A stretch of DNA of 60,304 bases from Acidimicrobiia bacterium (lineage in GTDB: Bacteria > Actinomycetota > Acidimicrobiia > Spongiisociales > ZC4RG35), in NCBI GenBank assembly GCA_040880765.1, contig JBBDHT010000085.1, positions 1-60,304 on the forward strand, given 5' to 3'. The stretch's first letter is position 1. Every line of letters starts with the position of its first letter. The notes under the pieces were generated by a model. The model did no database searches. It had not been told where the DNA came from and worked only from the letters and a program-made list of their open reading frames with translations. The position numbers and the translations under genes were made by a program. Positions 39,378-50,408 of this stretch are shown in pieces.

Positions 39378-40478
39378 TTACGGGAGGTAGCTGGCGAAGG
39401 GTCTGGTGGGGAGGAGGACCTGGGCGCCGCCGGGGGTGCGGTAGTTTCTGACGCCTATAGAGAATCGGGTGACCGAGCCCTTCGAGATCCCCCGGTACTT
39501 CCAGGCGGTGGAGACAGCGGAGGAGAACGACCAGGAAGAGTCGAGGCGAACCGAACCGGTGACTGCGGAAAGGGTGTTGACCAGAGAGGCCGGACTGCTG
39601 AACCCGGCTGCCTTGCCCGCAAGCTGAAAGAGAACATCCTGCTGACGGCCCTGCCGTCCGAAATCGGAGCCTCCCACCGCCACCCAGTCTTCGCCTCGCA
39701 GCTCCTCGCCATGACGGGACCGCACCCAAGCCAGGGTTGTGGTCCCATCGGCGGTCTGGCATCCGGGCTCCTCGATGAGAAGGTGGGATTTGAGGTCCCG
39801 GGTCGGGTAATCGACACAGACGGTCACGCCGCCGAGGGCGTCGACCACACTGGCAAACCCGGAGAAGTTGATCCGGGCGAGATGGTCGATGGGAATCCCG
39901 GTGTAGTCCTCGACGAGGATCGCCATCATCTCCGGACCGGAGGCAAAACCTGAGCACCCCCCGAGTCCTGCATTGAGGCGGGTGAAGGTTTCCTTGCAGA
40001 CGTTCCACACGTAAAGGTCCCGGGGAAGGCTGACCATGATCGGCTTGCCACCACCCGCAGGCTGGAGGGCGAGGATGATGGCATCGGCGAGAACACCCGA
40101 GGCATCGGTGCCGAGAAGCAGGTACGACTCGTAGGCCCCGTCAGGTATCGGCTCGCCGAATGAGTTGGGACTGAATTCACGGGGGTTGAACGGACGGGTG
40201 ATGTCATAGACGGCACCCAACTCCTCCTGGAAGGCCACCATGTCGAGAGGTTCTTCCTGGATGTCGGTCGGCTCGACGAAGACAATGTTCCGGTCGTCGG
40301 CCTCTTCGTTGCCGATGTTGGCTCGGGCACCGTCGGGGTCGAAATCCTCGGTGGCGATCGCGGTCAAGGCAGTGCTCACCTGATACGCGTAAAAGCACGC
40401 CACGCCAAGCAGGACCCCGGCAATGACGGCGAAAGCCACCCGTACCGGGTGAAAAACGACGTATTTGATCACAGCCAA
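39378..40478 (-). CDS. LytR-CpsA-Psr (LCP) family cell-envelope protein
   Basis: N-terminal TM helix; LLLGTD, SLPRDL, VDALGGV, WVRSR, DFGRQGRQQ. Confidence 0.9.
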   Translation of the reverse strand: MAVIKYVVFHPVRVAFAVIAGVLLGVACFYAYQVSTALTAIATEDFDPDGARANIGNEEADDRNIVFVEPTDIQEEPLDMVAFQEELGAVYDITRPFNPREFSPNSFGEPIPDGAYESYLLLGTDASGVLADAIILALQPAGGGKPIMVSLPRDLYVWNVCKETFTRLNAGLGGCSGFASGPEMMAILVEDYTGIPIDHLARINFSGFASVVDALGGVTVCVDYPTRDLKSHLLIEEPGCQTADGTTTLAWVRSRHGEELRGEDWVAVGGSDFGRQGRQQDVLFQLAGKAAGFSSPASLVNTLSAVTGSVRLDSSWSFSSAVSTAWKYRGISKGSVTRFSIGVRNYRTPGGAQVLLPTRPFASYLP

Positions 40479-40506
40479 CGTCTACGAGACTAGAACGCCC
40501 GCGGTT

Positions 40507-40911
40507 TCATTCGGCGGAGATGTGAACCGTCCCCGTGAACAGGCCAGCGACCCTTCCATCGTCACGGACCACCTTGACGTGGTAGGTCCCCAGGGTCCGC
40601 CCGCGGGACAACTCGGTGGCAGTGGCGGTGAGACGGTTGCCGGTGCGCGCCGCCGCGGTAAACACCATGTGGGTATCAATCGCAACCGCAACAGGGCCGG
40701 CCGAGTTGGAAGCCAGGGAAAAGGCGCAGTCGGCGAGGGAGAAAACCATCCCTCCGTGGCCTCCGCTGAGGAAGTTGAGATGGCGGTCCTCGACATCGAG
40801 GGCAACGACCAGCTCGTCATCGCTCACCGAGACCAACTCGGCACCGAGGGCATTGGCATAGGCATCGGCGGCGAACAATTCGCCGACGCGACCGGGGTTG
40901 AAGCCTGACAT
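40507..40911 (-). CDS. PaaI-family hotdog-fold thioesterase
   Basis: HLNFLSGGHGGMVFSLAD. Confidence 0.88.
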   Translation of the reverse strand: MSGFNPGRVGELFAADAYANALGAELVSVSDDELVVALDVEDRHLNFLSGGHGGMVFSLADCAFSLASNSAGPVAVAIDTHMVFTAAARTGNRLTATATELSRGRTLGTYHVKVVRDDGRVAGLFTGTVHISAE

Positions 40912-40952
40912 TGGTGGAGCAGAGTAGTTGCGGCATTGTTAGTTTCCCATCG

Positions 40953-41873
40953 ATGCAGGAACTCGCTGCGCGGGTGTTAGCCTCCCGAGACGTGCTGCCA
41001 CTTTCACACGTCGCATCCGGCAAGGTGAGGGAGATCTACGAGATCGACCCCGACCACCTGCTCTTCGTCGCAACCGATCGGATCTCCGCTTATGACGTGA
41101 TCCTTCCCCAACTGATCCCGGACAAGGGACGGGTGCTCACCGGGCTCAGCCTCCACTTCTTCGATCTCCTCGACGCCCCCAACCACCTGGTCTCCACCGA
41201 CCTCTCCTCAATCGAGGCGTTGGATGATTCCCAACTGAAGGAACTGAATGGGCGGGCAATGATCGTCCGCCGCGCCGAAGTGATACCGGTTGAATGCGTG
41301 GTGCGCGGCTATCTGTACGGCTCTTCCTGGCGTGAGTATCGCGACGGTGGCGGACCGACCACCGAGCACCTGCCGGCCGGACTGAAACTGGCAGACAAAC
41401 TCGAAGAGCCGATCTTCACGCCTGCCACCAAAGCGGCCACAGGCCACGACGAGAACATCACCGAAGCTCAGACCAGGGAGCTGCTCGGCAACGACCTCTA
41501 CGAGGAACTGCGCCGGCGATCGATCGACATTTACACCAGGGCCACCGAATACGCCGCCGAGAAGGGTGTGATCCTCGCAGACACCAAATTCGAGTTCGGC
41601 TTTGCGGGTGACGAACTGCTCCTCATCGACGAGGTGCTCACCCCCGATTCCTCGCGGTATTGGCCGGTCGATGAATGGGAGCCCGGCAACGACGTCCCCA
41701 GCTTCGACAAGCAATACGTGCGGGAGTGGCTCGAAAACCAGCCCTGGGACAAGAACCCGCCGGCACCGGACCTACCCGACGACGTGGTGGCAGGGACCAG
41801 TGCCCGGTACATCGAGGCCTACGAGAAGATCACCGGTAAGAGCTTCGACGACTATCTGGCAGAGAAAGTCTGA
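40953..41873 (+). CDS. purC: SAICAR synthetase
   Basis: SGKVREIY, DRISAYD, ECVVRGY, DTKFEFG, DEVLTPDSSR. Confidence 0.97.
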   Translation: MQELAARVLASRDVLPLSHVASGKVREIYEIDPDHLLFVATDRISAYDVILPQLIPDKGRVLTGLSLHFFDLLDAPNHLVSTDLSSIEALDDSQLKELNGRAMIVRRAEVIPVECVVRGYLYGSSWREYRDGGGPTTEHLPAGLKLADKLEEPIFTPATKAATGHDENITEAQTRELLGNDLYEELRRRSIDIYTRATEYAAEKGVILADTKFEFGFAGDELLLIDEVLTPDSSRYWPVDEWEPGNDVPSFDKQYVREWLENQPWDKNPPAPDLPDDVVAGTSARYIEAYEKITGKSFDDYLAEKV

Positions 41874-41915
41874 GGTGTGTCGTACAAGACTCGCGGGCGC
41901 ATCGTGGGTGGGAGC

Positions 41916-42058
41916 GCTCCCCCCTCCCCCTCGCTGCGCTCGGGTACTCCCCCCGTTCGGCTCCGCCTCCGGAGGGAGAGAATGACACCCGCCTCCGAGG
42001 AGACGATGGGGCTCCGCCTCCGGGGGAGAGAATGACACTCCGCTCCAGGGAGAGAATG
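41916..42058. repeat. REP-like element with internal direct repeats
   Basis: CCCCCTCCCCC..CTCCCCCC tract, GGCTCCGCCTCCGG(A)GGGAGAGAATGACAC at 41959-41988 and 42010-42038, and a partial third copy ending at 42058. Confidence 0.7.
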
Positions 42059-42300
42059 TGAAAATTCGGGTCGAGGTGACACGCCGGCCCGAAATCGCCG
42101 ACCCGCAGGGCACTACGATCAAGAGGGCTCTGCACGATCTGGGACACACCGACGTCACCGAGGTGAGGGTGAACAAGGTCTTCCACCTCGAGGTCGAGGG
42201 CGGCAGCGACACAGAGATCCGGGACAAGGTCGAGGAGATGTGTCGCCAGCTTCTCGCCAATCCCGTCCTCGAGGACTTCGAGATCGAGCTTGTCCCGTGA
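42058..42300 (+). CDS. purS: FGAM synthase subunit PurS
   Basis: DPQG and LLANPVLE. Confidence 0.95.
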   Translation: MKIRVEVTRRPEIADPQGTTIKRALHDLGHTDVTEVRVNKVFHLEVEGGSDTEIRDKVEEMCRQLLANPVLEDFEIELVP

Positions 42301-42941
42301 CTACCGCCGTTGTCGTATTCCCCGGTACCAACTGTGAGCACGACGTCGTCACCGCGATGACCGATCTCGGGGGCAGTGCCCGGCTCGTCTGGCATCGGAA
42401 GACCGACCTCGACAGCTACGACAGCGTGGTTCTCCCTGGAGGTTTTGCCCACGGCGACGCCCTCCGGACCGGGGCGATCGCTCGCTTCTCCCCGATAATG
42501 GAGGCAGTCTCCCGCTTCGCTGACCAGGGAAAACCTGTCGTCGGGATCTGCAACGGGTTCCAGATCCTGTGCGAGGCGGGCCTCCTTCCCGGGGCCCTCA
42601 TCGCCAACCGCGATCTGTCGTTCATCTGCCGTTACGTCGATGTCGAGGTCACCGATACCGGGACCGTGCTCACCAACGCCGCGGCAACCGGACAGCGACT
42701 CCGGATCCCGCTCAACTCCTATGAAGGGAACTGGGTCGACCCGACCGGCGAGGGCAGGGTGGTGGTCAAGTACACCGACGACCCCAACGGCTCGAGCGAG
42801 AGAGCAGCGGCGGTTGCCAACGATGCGGGGAACGTAGTCGGAATCATGCCCCACCCCGAACGCGCCACCGACCCACTCCTCGGATCTACCGACGGCCGCG
42901 CCTTCCTCCGGAGCTTTCTCAACTCACTGGTCCCCGCATGA
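42297..42941 (+). CDS. purQ: FGAM synthase glutaminase subunit
   Basis: VFPGTNC, PGGF..GD, GICNGFQ, MPHPER; GTG start at 42297. Confidence 0.95.
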   Translation: MTTAVVVFPGTNCEHDVVTAMTDLGGSARLVWHRKTDLDSYDSVVLPGGFAHGDALRTGAIARFSPIMEAVSRFADQGKPVVGICNGFQILCEAGLLPGALIANRDLSFICRYVDVEVTDTGTVLTNAAATGQRLRIPLNSYEGNWVDPTGEGRVVVKYTDDPNGSSERAAAVANDAGNVVGIMPHPERATDPLLGSTDGRAFLRSFLNSLVPA

Positions 42942-45085
42942 CCGAACAACCCGTGCACCGCCTGCTCGGGATGACCGACGGGGAGTACGAGTCGGTGGTC
43001 GGCATCCTCGACCGCCCGCCGATGCCTGCCGAGCTGGCCATGTACTCGGTGATGTGGTCGGAGCACTGTTCCTACAAATCGTCCCGCAAGCATCTGGGCC
43101 GGTTCCCCACCGAGGCGCCATGGGTCGTCGTCGGTCCCGGAGAGAACGCCGGAGTTGTCGATCTCGGTGACGGCTGGCTCGCCGCCCTCCGCATCGAATC
43201 GCACAACCACCCGTCGTTCGTCGAGCCCTACCAGGGCGCCGCCACGGGAGTGGGCGGGATTCTCCGCGATGTTTTCACCATGGGGGCGAGACCGATCGCC
43301 CTCTGGGACCAGATCCGCTTCGGGCCGCTCGACAACCCGAAGAACCGCTACCTGCTCAATGGTGTGGTCGGGGGCATCGCCGGATACGGGAACGCAGTTG
43401 GTGTCCCAACGGTGGGCGGTGAGATCGAGTTCGACCCTGGCTATACGGGAAATCCCCTGGTCAACGTGATGTGCCTCGGCATCCTGAAACGGGAGCAACT
43501 GGTGTTGGGGACCGCCGGCACTCCGGGAACGATGGCGGTGCTCCTGGGAAAGGCCACCGGCCGCGACGGGATCGGCGGTGCGTCGGTCCTCGCATCGGCA
43601 TCTTTCGACGAGGAATCCGGCGCGAAACGCCCCTCGGTGCAGGTAGGCGACCCCTTCGAGGAGAAGAAGCTGATCGAGGCCTGTCTCGAGCTGTATGAAA
43701 AGGGGCTGGTCGTCGGAGTCCAGGACCTCGGCGCCGCGGGACTTTCGTGCGCCACCTCCGAGCCTGCAGGGCGGGCCGGGGTCGGCATGGAGGTCGACCT
43801 CGACCGTGTCCACACCCGGGAGTCGGGAATGACGGCCCCCGAGCTGTTGATGTCGGAGTCCCAGGAGCGGATGATGGCCTTTGTCGCACCGGAGCGGGTC
43901 GATGAGGTGCTGGCCATCGCCGACAGGTGGGAGATCGACTCTGCCGTAGTCGGTGAGGTCAAAGCAGGCGGGACATTGCGGATCAGCCATCAGGGAGATT
44001 TGGTCGCAGAACTGCCCGCGGCCACTCTCGCCGACAACGCCCCCCTCTACGACCGGCCCGCCCAACGCCCCGACTGGCTCGACGAAATCCAGGCCAGGCC
44101 CGGCCCCGACCTCTCCTCTCATGACCCCGCCGACCTGCTGGCCAAGCTTCTCGACGACCCGGCGATCGGGTCATCGGCGTGGATCTACGAACAGTACGAC
44201 CACATGTTGTTCCTCAACACCGTGGTCGGCCCAGGTTCGGACGGGTCCCTGCTCCGGGTCAAGGGGACGGACAAAGGGCTGGGGGTCTCCACCGACGGCA
44301 ACGGGCGACTCTGCTACCTCGAGCCCCGGATCGGAGGCGCCCGCCTTGTCTACGAGGCGGCACTCAATGTTGCAGTGGCCGGGGCTCGGCCGATGGCGGT
44401 GGTCGACAACCTCAACTTCGGCAACCCGGAGAAACCGGAGGTGATGTGGCAGTTCAAGGAGTCGGTCGAGGGCATCTCCGAGGCCTGTGAGGCCCTGGGC
44501 ATCCCCGTAGTCGGCGGCAATGTCTCGTTCTACAACGAGACCGACGGCGTCGACATCAATCCGACTCCGGTAGTTGGCCTGCTCGGTCTGGCCGACCCGA
44601 TGCCTCAGGACCCGCCCCGGCTCTCCGGCGCGGCCGACGGAATGGAACTCTGGCTCGTAGGCCCGGCGGCCTCCGGCAATCTCGCCGGCACCGCCGCACA
44701 GCGACTCATCGACGAACGCCCCGGCGGTATCCCGACAGGTCCGGACCCTGAGATGGCCGGGGATATCATCCGCCTCGCTGCCGACCTGGCCCACTTCGCC
44801 CCGGTGCTGCACGACATCTCCGACGGCGGCCTCGCAGTCGCAGCAGCCGAGATAGCAATCGCCTCCGGAATTGGAGTGGTGCTCGACCTCCCCGCCGAAG
44901 AGATCTTCTCCGAGGACCCTCACCGTTTCCTGGTCGCTTTCCATCACGGATCGATCGACCTCCCTGCCTACGCCCGGAAAGTAGGGGTCTGCGGCGGCGA
45001 TCAGATCGTGATCAACGGATCGTCGTTGCGACTCGACACGGCGGCAACCACCTACCGCGAGGCGCTCCCCCGCAGAATGCGATAG
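42938..45085 (+). CDS. purL: FGAM synthase large subunit
   Basis: [41 protein letters not shown]. Confidence 0.97.
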   Translation: MTEQPVHRLLGMTDGEYESVVGILDRPPMPAELAMYSVMWSEHCSYKSSRKHLGRFPTEAPWVVVGPGENAGVVDLGDGWLAALRIESHNHPSFVEPYQGAATGVGGILRDVFTMGARPIALWDQIRFGPLDNPKNRYLLNGVVGGIAGYGNAVGVPTVGGEIEFDPGYTGNPLVNVMCLGILKREQLVLGTAGTPGTMAVLLGKATGRDGIGGASVLASASFDEESGAKRPSVQVGDPFEEKKLIEACLELYEKGLVVGVQDLGAAGLSCATSEPAGRAGVGMEVDLDRVHTRESGMTAPELLMSESQERMMAFVAPERVDEVLAIADRWEIDSAVVGEVKAGGTLRISHQGDLVAELPAATLADNAPLYDRPAQRPDWLDEIQARPGPDLSSHDPADLLAKLLDDPAIGSSAWIYEQYDHMLFLNTVVGPGSDGSLLRVKGTDKGLGVSTDGNGRLCYLEPRIGGARLVYEAALNVAVAGARPMAVVDNLNFGNPEKPEVMWQFKESVEGISEACEALGIPVVGGNVSFYNETDGVDINPTPVVGLLGLADPMPQDPPRLSGAADGMELWLVGPAASGNLAGTAAQRLIDERPGGIPTGPDPEMAGDIIRLAADLAHFAPVLHDISDGGLAVAAAEIAIASGIGVVLDLPAEEIFSEDPHRFLVAFHHGSIDLPAYARKVGVCGGDQIVINGSSLRLDTAATTYREALPRRMR

Positions 45086-45171
45086 CGCCCCGGAAGTCCG
45101 ACTTTCCATTCCTCGCGATGGAGTGTCGGGGGTGGGCCTGGGTGCGGATTTCGACGCGATACCATCGGAGT

Positions 45172-46293
45172 GTGGCGAAGAACATCGGGATACTCACTGC
45201 CGGAGGCGACAGCCCGGGCCTGAACGCTGCCATCCGGGCCGTGGGAAAGGCGGCGATACGCGGTCACGGGATGAATGTCATCGGATTCAAGGACGGCTTT
45301 CTCGGTCTCATGGAGAACCGCTTCGCCACTCTCGACTCGGACGGTCTCTCCGGAATCCTCACCAGGGGCGGCACAATCCTCGGGACCAGCCGCACCAACT
45401 GCACCAAGGTCGAGATGCCCGACGGGTCGGTCGTCGACGGGCGCGATGAGATGCAACGTGTGGTGGAGAAGCACAATCTCGACGCCCTGGTCTGCCTCGG
45501 TGGCGACGGGACCGCGAAGAACGCGATCAAACTGGAGAAAGTAGGCGTCCCCGTGCTCATCCTCCCCAAGACGATCGACAACGACGTCGTGGGCACCGAT
45601 GTCACCTTCGGATTCGACACCGCGGTCAACATCGCCACGGAGGCGATCGACCGGCTCCACTCCACCGCACATTCCCATCACCGAATCATGGTCGTCGAGC
45701 TCATGGGCCATAACGTCGGTTGGCTAGCCCTCGGTGCCGGTCTGGCCGGTGGAGCGGATGTCATCCTCATCCCGGAGATCCCCCACGACGTGGAAACGGT
45801 CGCCAACTCGATAATCGCCCGCAAGGAGGCGGAGAGCACCTTCTCCATCGTCGCCGTAGCCGAGGGCGCGATCAGCGCTGACAACGCGGCGAAGCGGGCA
45901 GCAATGGTCGAGGAAAAGGCTGCAGCGAGCGGAGGTCGCAAGAAGGCTCTGAAGCGGGCCCTGACCGAGTTCGACCTGGCCAATGTCGGCGGAACCAGTG
46001 ACCTGGCCACCCAGCTGAGCGATCTGACCGGCCTCGAGTCGCGACTGACGATCCTGGGCCACGTCCAGCGGGGTGGAACTCCGACACCGGCGGACCGGCT
46101 GCTGGCTACCCGGCTCGGAACCGCCTGCGCCGACTTCATCGCCGAGGGCGTCCACGGTGTGATGGTTGCCGCCCGGGGACAGGACACCGTGGCTGTCCCG
46201 CTCGAAGAGGTTGCAGGAAAGACCAAAGCGGTGCCCGTCGACCACTCGTGGGTGCTCTCGGCACGCCGCCTCGGAATCTCGTTGGGCGATTGA
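45172..46293 (+). CDS. pfkA: 6-phosphofructokinase (PfkA family)
   Basis: [40 protein letters not shown]; GTG start at 45172. Confidence 0.92.
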   Translation: MAKNIGILTAGGDSPGLNAAIRAVGKAAIRGHGMNVIGFKDGFLGLMENRFATLDSDGLSGILTRGGTILGTSRTNCTKVEMPDGSVVDGRDEMQRVVEKHNLDALVCLGGDGTAKNAIKLEKVGVPVLILPKTIDNDVVGTDVTFGFDTAVNIATEAIDRLHSTAHSHHRIMVVELMGHNVGWLALGAGLAGGADVILIPEIPHDVETVANSIIARKEAESTFSIVAVAEGAISADNAAKRAAMVEEKAAASGGRKKALKRALTEFDLANVGGTSDLATQLSDLTGLESRLTILGHVQRGGTPTPADRLLATRLGTACADFIAEGVHGVMVAARGQDTVAVPLEEVAGKTKAVPVDHSWVLSARRLGISLGD

Positions 46294-46303
46294 GTAGCGA
46301 CGT

Positions 46304-48622
46304 TTGAGCAAACTCGACAGAATCGCGATCGTGGGCGGTGGGCCGGCAGGGCTCTACCTTTCAATCCTCCTCAAGAAGAACGCACCCGACATCGTCGTCG
46401 ACCTCTACGAGCGGAACACACCCGGGGACGCATTCGGCTTCGGGGTCGTGTTCTCCGATGAGACGCTGGAGAACATCGAAGCCGCCGACGAGGATTTCTA
46501 CCGCTCACTCACCGCAACGTTCCGCCATTGGGGTGATATCGAAGTGCGCCACTTCTCCGGCAGGGTGATTCGCTCCGGCGGCCACGGATTCGCAGCAGTA
46601 GGTCGACGCACCATGCTCGAGTTGTTGACTGCCCGGGCGAAAGAAGTTGGGACCAACCTCCACTTCTCGGCCGAAGTCGACGACCTCGCCAAGCTGGGCG
46701 ATGCCGATGTGATCGTCGGTGCCGATGGTGCCCACAGCGTGACCCGGAACCTGTTCCCGGAGGCCTTTCGACCTTCTGTCGATCTCAGATACAACAAATA
46801 CATCTGGTTCGGGACCGACCGGGTCTTCGACGACTTCACTTTCATCTTCGAAGACACACCAGCGGGCATGGTGTGGGCCCACGTCTACCCCTTCTCCGAC
46901 GATGCGAGCACCTTCATCGTCGAAATGGCACCGTCCACATGGAGAGACCTTGGCCTCGATGCCAACGAGGGCCGCGAGTGGGGACCACAGGAGAGCGACG
47001 AACTGGCATTAAAAAGGTCCGTTGACCTCTTCGCTGATCATCTCGACGGAGCACGACTCATCGGAAATAAGTCGCGGTGGCTCCAGTTCCCCACCATCGA
47101 ATGCGAGAAATGGTCGCATGACAACATCGTCCTCATGGGCGATGCAGTGCACACCGCTCACTTCTCGGTGGGCTCCGGCACCAAACTCGCCCTGGAAGAT
47201 GCGATATCGTTGTCCGGGCACCTGCTCTCCAATCAAACCGTCACCGACGCCCTAGCCGCGTTCGAAACCGAGCGCCGCCCGGTCGTGGAGAGCACCCAGC
47301 GGGCAGCCAAGGCCAGTCTGCAGTGGTTTGAGGGGGCCGACCGCTACCGGGGAATGGAGCCTGAGCAGTTTGTTTTCTCGATGCTGACCCGGAGCCAGCG
47401 CGTCACCTACGACAATCTGCGGCTGCGCGACCCGGGATACATGGCCGAAGTCGACCGTTGGTACGCGGCTTCGGAGCACGGCGCCCCTGTTCCCACACCA
47501 CCAGAGGTGCCCCCCATGTTCCACCCGTTCCAGCTCCGCGACCTCACCCTGGCCAGCCGGATCGTGGTCTCCCCGATGGACCAATACAGCGCAGTCGATG
47601 GCATGCCCAACGAGTGGCATCTGGTCCACCTTGGCAGCCGTGCCGTGGGAGGGGCGGGGCTGGTCATGACCGAGATGACGTGTGTCTCACCGCAAGGACG
47701 GATCAGCCCCGGATGCACCGGCATCTGGACGTCCGAGCAGGCCGATTACTGGTCGGGAATCGTCGATTTCATCCACAACCACACCAATGCTGCCATCGGG
47801 CTTCAGATTGGGCATTCCGGTCGCAAAGGGTCGACCAAGCTGATGTGGGAGGGCGACAGCGAACCGCTCGAACAGAAAAACTGGGAGATCATTTCACCCT
47901 CACCGATCAGATACCGGCCCGACAGCCAGGTCCCCCGGGAGATGACACGCGAGGACATGGACGTCGTCGCCGAACAGCACGTCGCTGCGGCCGGCCGCGG
48001 GGCAGAGGCCGGCTTCGACCTGCTCGAGCTGCACTACGCCCACGGCTATCTGCTGTCCAGCTTCCTGACCCCGCTGGCGAACCAGCGCAACGACGAGTAC
48101 GGAGGATCGCTACAGAACCGGATGCGGTTCCCCCTCGAGCTCTTCGACCGGGTGCGCGAAGCTTGGCCCGCCGACCGGCCCATTTCGGTCCGGATCTCGG
48201 CTACAGACTGGGTCGAAGGCGGGTTCGACGGCGACGATGCTGTCGCTCTGGCCGCGGCCCTCAAAGAACACGGCTGTGACATCATCGACGTCTCCACCGG
48301 CCAGACCAGCATCGACGCCAGGCCAGAGTATGGACGGCTCTATCAGACACCGTTCGCAGACCGCATCCGCAACGAAGTGGGCATCCCGACGATGACTGTT
48401 GGGGCGGTCTCCAGCATCGACGACGTCCACAACATCCTCGTTGCCGGGAGGGCCGATCTCTGCCTGCTCGCCAGACCGCACCTGGTGGACCCGTACTGGA
48501 CGATGAACGCGGCGATCGACCTCGGCTACACCGGCCATGGCTTCCCCAACCAGTACCTCTCCGGTCTGGGGGCGCGTCGTCGGGAACAGGACCCGATTCC
48601 CCCTGATGCGTTCCGGAGGTGA
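46304..48622 (+). CDS. Bifunctional salicylyl-/anthraniloyl-CoA monooxygenase-reductase (FAD monooxygenase + Old Yellow Enzyme domain)
   Basis: GGGPAG, FGFGVVFSD, GDAVHTAHFSVGSGTKLALED, then the OYE motif HYAHGYLLSSF..N.R.DEYGG. Confidence 0.9.
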   Translation: MSKLDRIAIVGGGPAGLYLSILLKKNAPDIVVDLYERNTPGDAFGFGVVFSDETLENIEAADEDFYRSLTATFRHWGDIEVRHFSGRVIRSGGHGFAAVGRRTMLELLTARAKEVGTNLHFSAEVDDLAKLGDADVIVGADGAHSVTRNLFPEAFRPSVDLRYNKYIWFGTDRVFDDFTFIFEDTPAGMVWAHVYPFSDDASTFIVEMAPSTWRDLGLDANEGREWGPQESDELALKRSVDLFADHLDGARLIGNKSRWLQFPTIECEKWSHDNIVLMGDAVHTAHFSVGSGTKLALEDAISLSGHLLSNQTVTDALAAFETERRPVVESTQRAAKASLQWFEGADRYRGMEPEQFVFSMLTRSQRVTYDNLRLRDPGYMAEVDRWYAASEHGAPVPTPPEVPPMFHPFQLRDLTLASRIVVSPMDQYSAVDGMPNEWHLVHLGSRAVGGAGLVMTEMTCVSPQGRISPGCTGIWTSEQADYWSGIVDFIHNHTNAAIGLQIGHSGRKGSTKLMWEGDSEPLEQKNWEIISPSPIRYRPDSQVPREMTREDMDVVAEQHVAAAGRGAEAGFDLLELHYAHGYLLSSFLTPLANQRNDEYGGSLQNRMRFPLELFDRVREAWPADRPISVRISATDWVEGGFDGDDAVALAAALKEHGCDIIDVSTGQTSIDARPEYGRLYQTPFADRIRNEVGIPTMTVGAVSSIDDVHNILVAGRADLCLLARPHLVDPYWTMNAAIDLGYTGHGFPNQYLSGLGARRREQDPIPPDAFRR

Positions 48623-48625
48623 GAG

Positions 48626-49102
48626 ATGGACAATGACCCGAGAGTGGTAGCCCAGGGCGACGCCCCAGCTCCATTCACCGCGAAAGAGATACGGACAGGA
48701 TGCCCCGAGGGCCGGAGGGTGACAATCCGCTATGTCGATCCCAAAGGGGAGAACACCTACCGGACCACCACATTTACCGCATGCGATGAGGAGGGAGCAA
48801 TGCTGGCCATCCAGGCAGTCGACGCGGGAGGCCGCCCGATTGGCGAGGCAAGCCAGTTCAGGGCCACCTGGGACGAGCTCCAGGCTCATGCCTCGTTCCC
48901 TACGCATCAGACCACTATCTCAAGAGAGCCACTTGGAACACCTCTTGGCGACCTCGACTGCCTCCGCTACGAGGTCGACGACAGTGTGACGATCAGGATT
49001 CTGTGGTTCGCATCCGATCTGCCTGGCCTACCGGTCAAGACTCAGGAAGTCGACGGAGAGGCGGCACGTCTCACCTCGGAGATGATCGAGAACGTCGTCT
49101 AA
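48626..49102 (+). CDS. Hypothetical protein
   Basis: 158-aa ORF with a GGAGG RBS, starting 3 bp after the upstream stop. Confidence 0.7.
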   Translation: MDNDPRVVAQGDAPAPFTAKEIRTGCPEGRRVTIRYVDPKGENTYRTTTFTACDEEGAMLAIQAVDAGGRPIGEASQFRATWDELQAHASFPTHQTTISREPLGTPLGDLDCLRYEVDDSVTIRILWFASDLPGLPVKTQEVDGEAARLTSEMIENVV

Positions 49103-49114
49103 CGAGCAATCTGC

Positions 49115-50353
49115 TCAGTCAGCGGCGAGAACTCGCAAACGCGACTCCAGATGCCGGCGCTCTGCGTCGTTCTCCACCAACTCGATAGCGCGCCGGTACT
49201 CTGCGGCGGCCCCACCCACACGGCCGACCCGACTGAGAAAGTGACCCCGGGCGGTGTGGAAGGCGTGATATCCGTCGAGTTCGTCCCGTAGCCGCTCGAC
49301 TGCATCGAGCGCCGCCGTTGCTCCGTAGGCCTCTCCTATGGCCACCGCGCGATTGAGCTTTGCAACAGGAGAAGGATGCCTCGATATCAGGCGGTCGTAC
49401 AGGCCGGCTATCGCCTTCCAGTCGGTTGCAGCAGGACCAGCAGTGTGATGTGCCGCGATCTCCGCCTGAAGTAGATAGAACCCGGGCTCAGTAATGTTCC
49501 TCGCCGTCCGCAGGGCGGCCATCCCGCGCTCGATCATTTCTGTGTCCCACATCGACCGGTCCTGCTCCTTGAGCAAAACCAGGTCTCCTGCGGCATCGCG
49601 CCTTGCCTTCCGCCTGCTGTGCTGGAACAGCATCAACGCGTTGAGGGCATGCACTTCCGACTCGTCCGGCATCAACTCGACAAGGACGTCTCCCAACTCG
49701 ATTGCCTTGGCGGCGAGGTCTTCCCTGACCAGATCGTCACTGGAGGAAGCGAAGTATCCCTCGTTGAAGATGAGGTAGATCACCGACAGCACCTCGGAGA
49801 TCCGATCGACGAGTTCGTGACCTTCGGGGACCTTGAAAGGTATTCCTGCGTCACGGATTTTCCCCTTCGCCCTGACCAGTCGCTGCGCCATTGTCGGTTC
49901 GGCCACGAGGAAGGCCCGGGCGATTTCCGCGGTCGACAGACCACCTACCGTCCGCAGGGTCAGAGCGATCTGCTTCTCGGAGTCGAGCGCCGGATGGCAA
50001 CACGCGAAGATCATCTCCAACCTGTCATCGGAGAGGCCAGTCGTTTCAGCCAGATCCGTCATTTCCTCGCTCCGTTCGGCAGCCTGATAGCCGGCGAGGA
50101 CCTGGTGCTTGCGGGCGAGGTTCTCACGACGCCGGATACGGTCGATTGCCTTGCGCCGGGCGACGGTGGAGATCCACCCGGGCGGGTTGTCGGGCACACC
50201 CCGCTCCGGCCAATCCAACAGGGCCTGGGCTAGAGCATCCTGGACAGCTTCCTCGGCGAGATCGATGTCGCGGCAGAGCCGGGAGATGGTCGCAAGCACG
50301 ACCGAGTACGACTCGCGAAACACCCGTTCCACAACCGTTTCGACTTCTGTCAC
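49115..50353 (-). CDS. ECF42-type sigma factor with C-terminal TPR-like extension
   Basis: Sigma region 2 (AEEAVQDA, WISTVARRKAID), LEMIFACCHPAL, QRLVRAK, YLIFNEGY, QDRSMWD, LNRAVA. Confidence 0.88.
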   Translation of the reverse strand: MTEVETVVERVFRESYSVVLATISRLCRDIDLAEEAVQDALAQALLDWPERGVPDNPPGWISTVARRKAIDRIRRRENLARKHQVLAGYQAAERSEEMTDLAETTGLSDDRLEMIFACCHPALDSEKQIALTLRTVGGLSTAEIARAFLVAEPTMAQRLVRAKGKIRDAGIPFKVPEGHELVDRISEVLSVIYLIFNEGYFASSSDDLVREDLAAKAIELGDVLVELMPDESEVHALNALMLFQHSRRKARRDAAGDLVLLKEQDRSMWDTEMIERGMAALRTARNITEPGFYLLQAEIAAHHTAGPAATDWKAIAGLYDRLISRHPSPVAKLNRAVAIGEAYGATAALDAVERLRDELDGYHAFHTARGHFLSRVGRVGGAAAEYRRAIELVENDAERRHLESRLRVLAAD

Positions 50354-50408
50354 CGCTAGCTTCTCCGTCTATCTCGATCTCTATCTCCGGTATCCGACTC
50401 CTGCACTT

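Noticed and set aside
38152-40008. Long ORFs of 618 aa (-) and 439 aa (+)
   Set aside because: They are shadow frames over the MFS and LCP genes with Arg/Gly/Pro-rich composition, typical of high-GC DNA.
42719-45109. Long antisense ORFs opposite purL (and similar ones opposite gltB, coxL, glnA and the relaxase)
   Set aside because: Antisense artefacts of GC3 bias; the sense genes carry complete family motifs.
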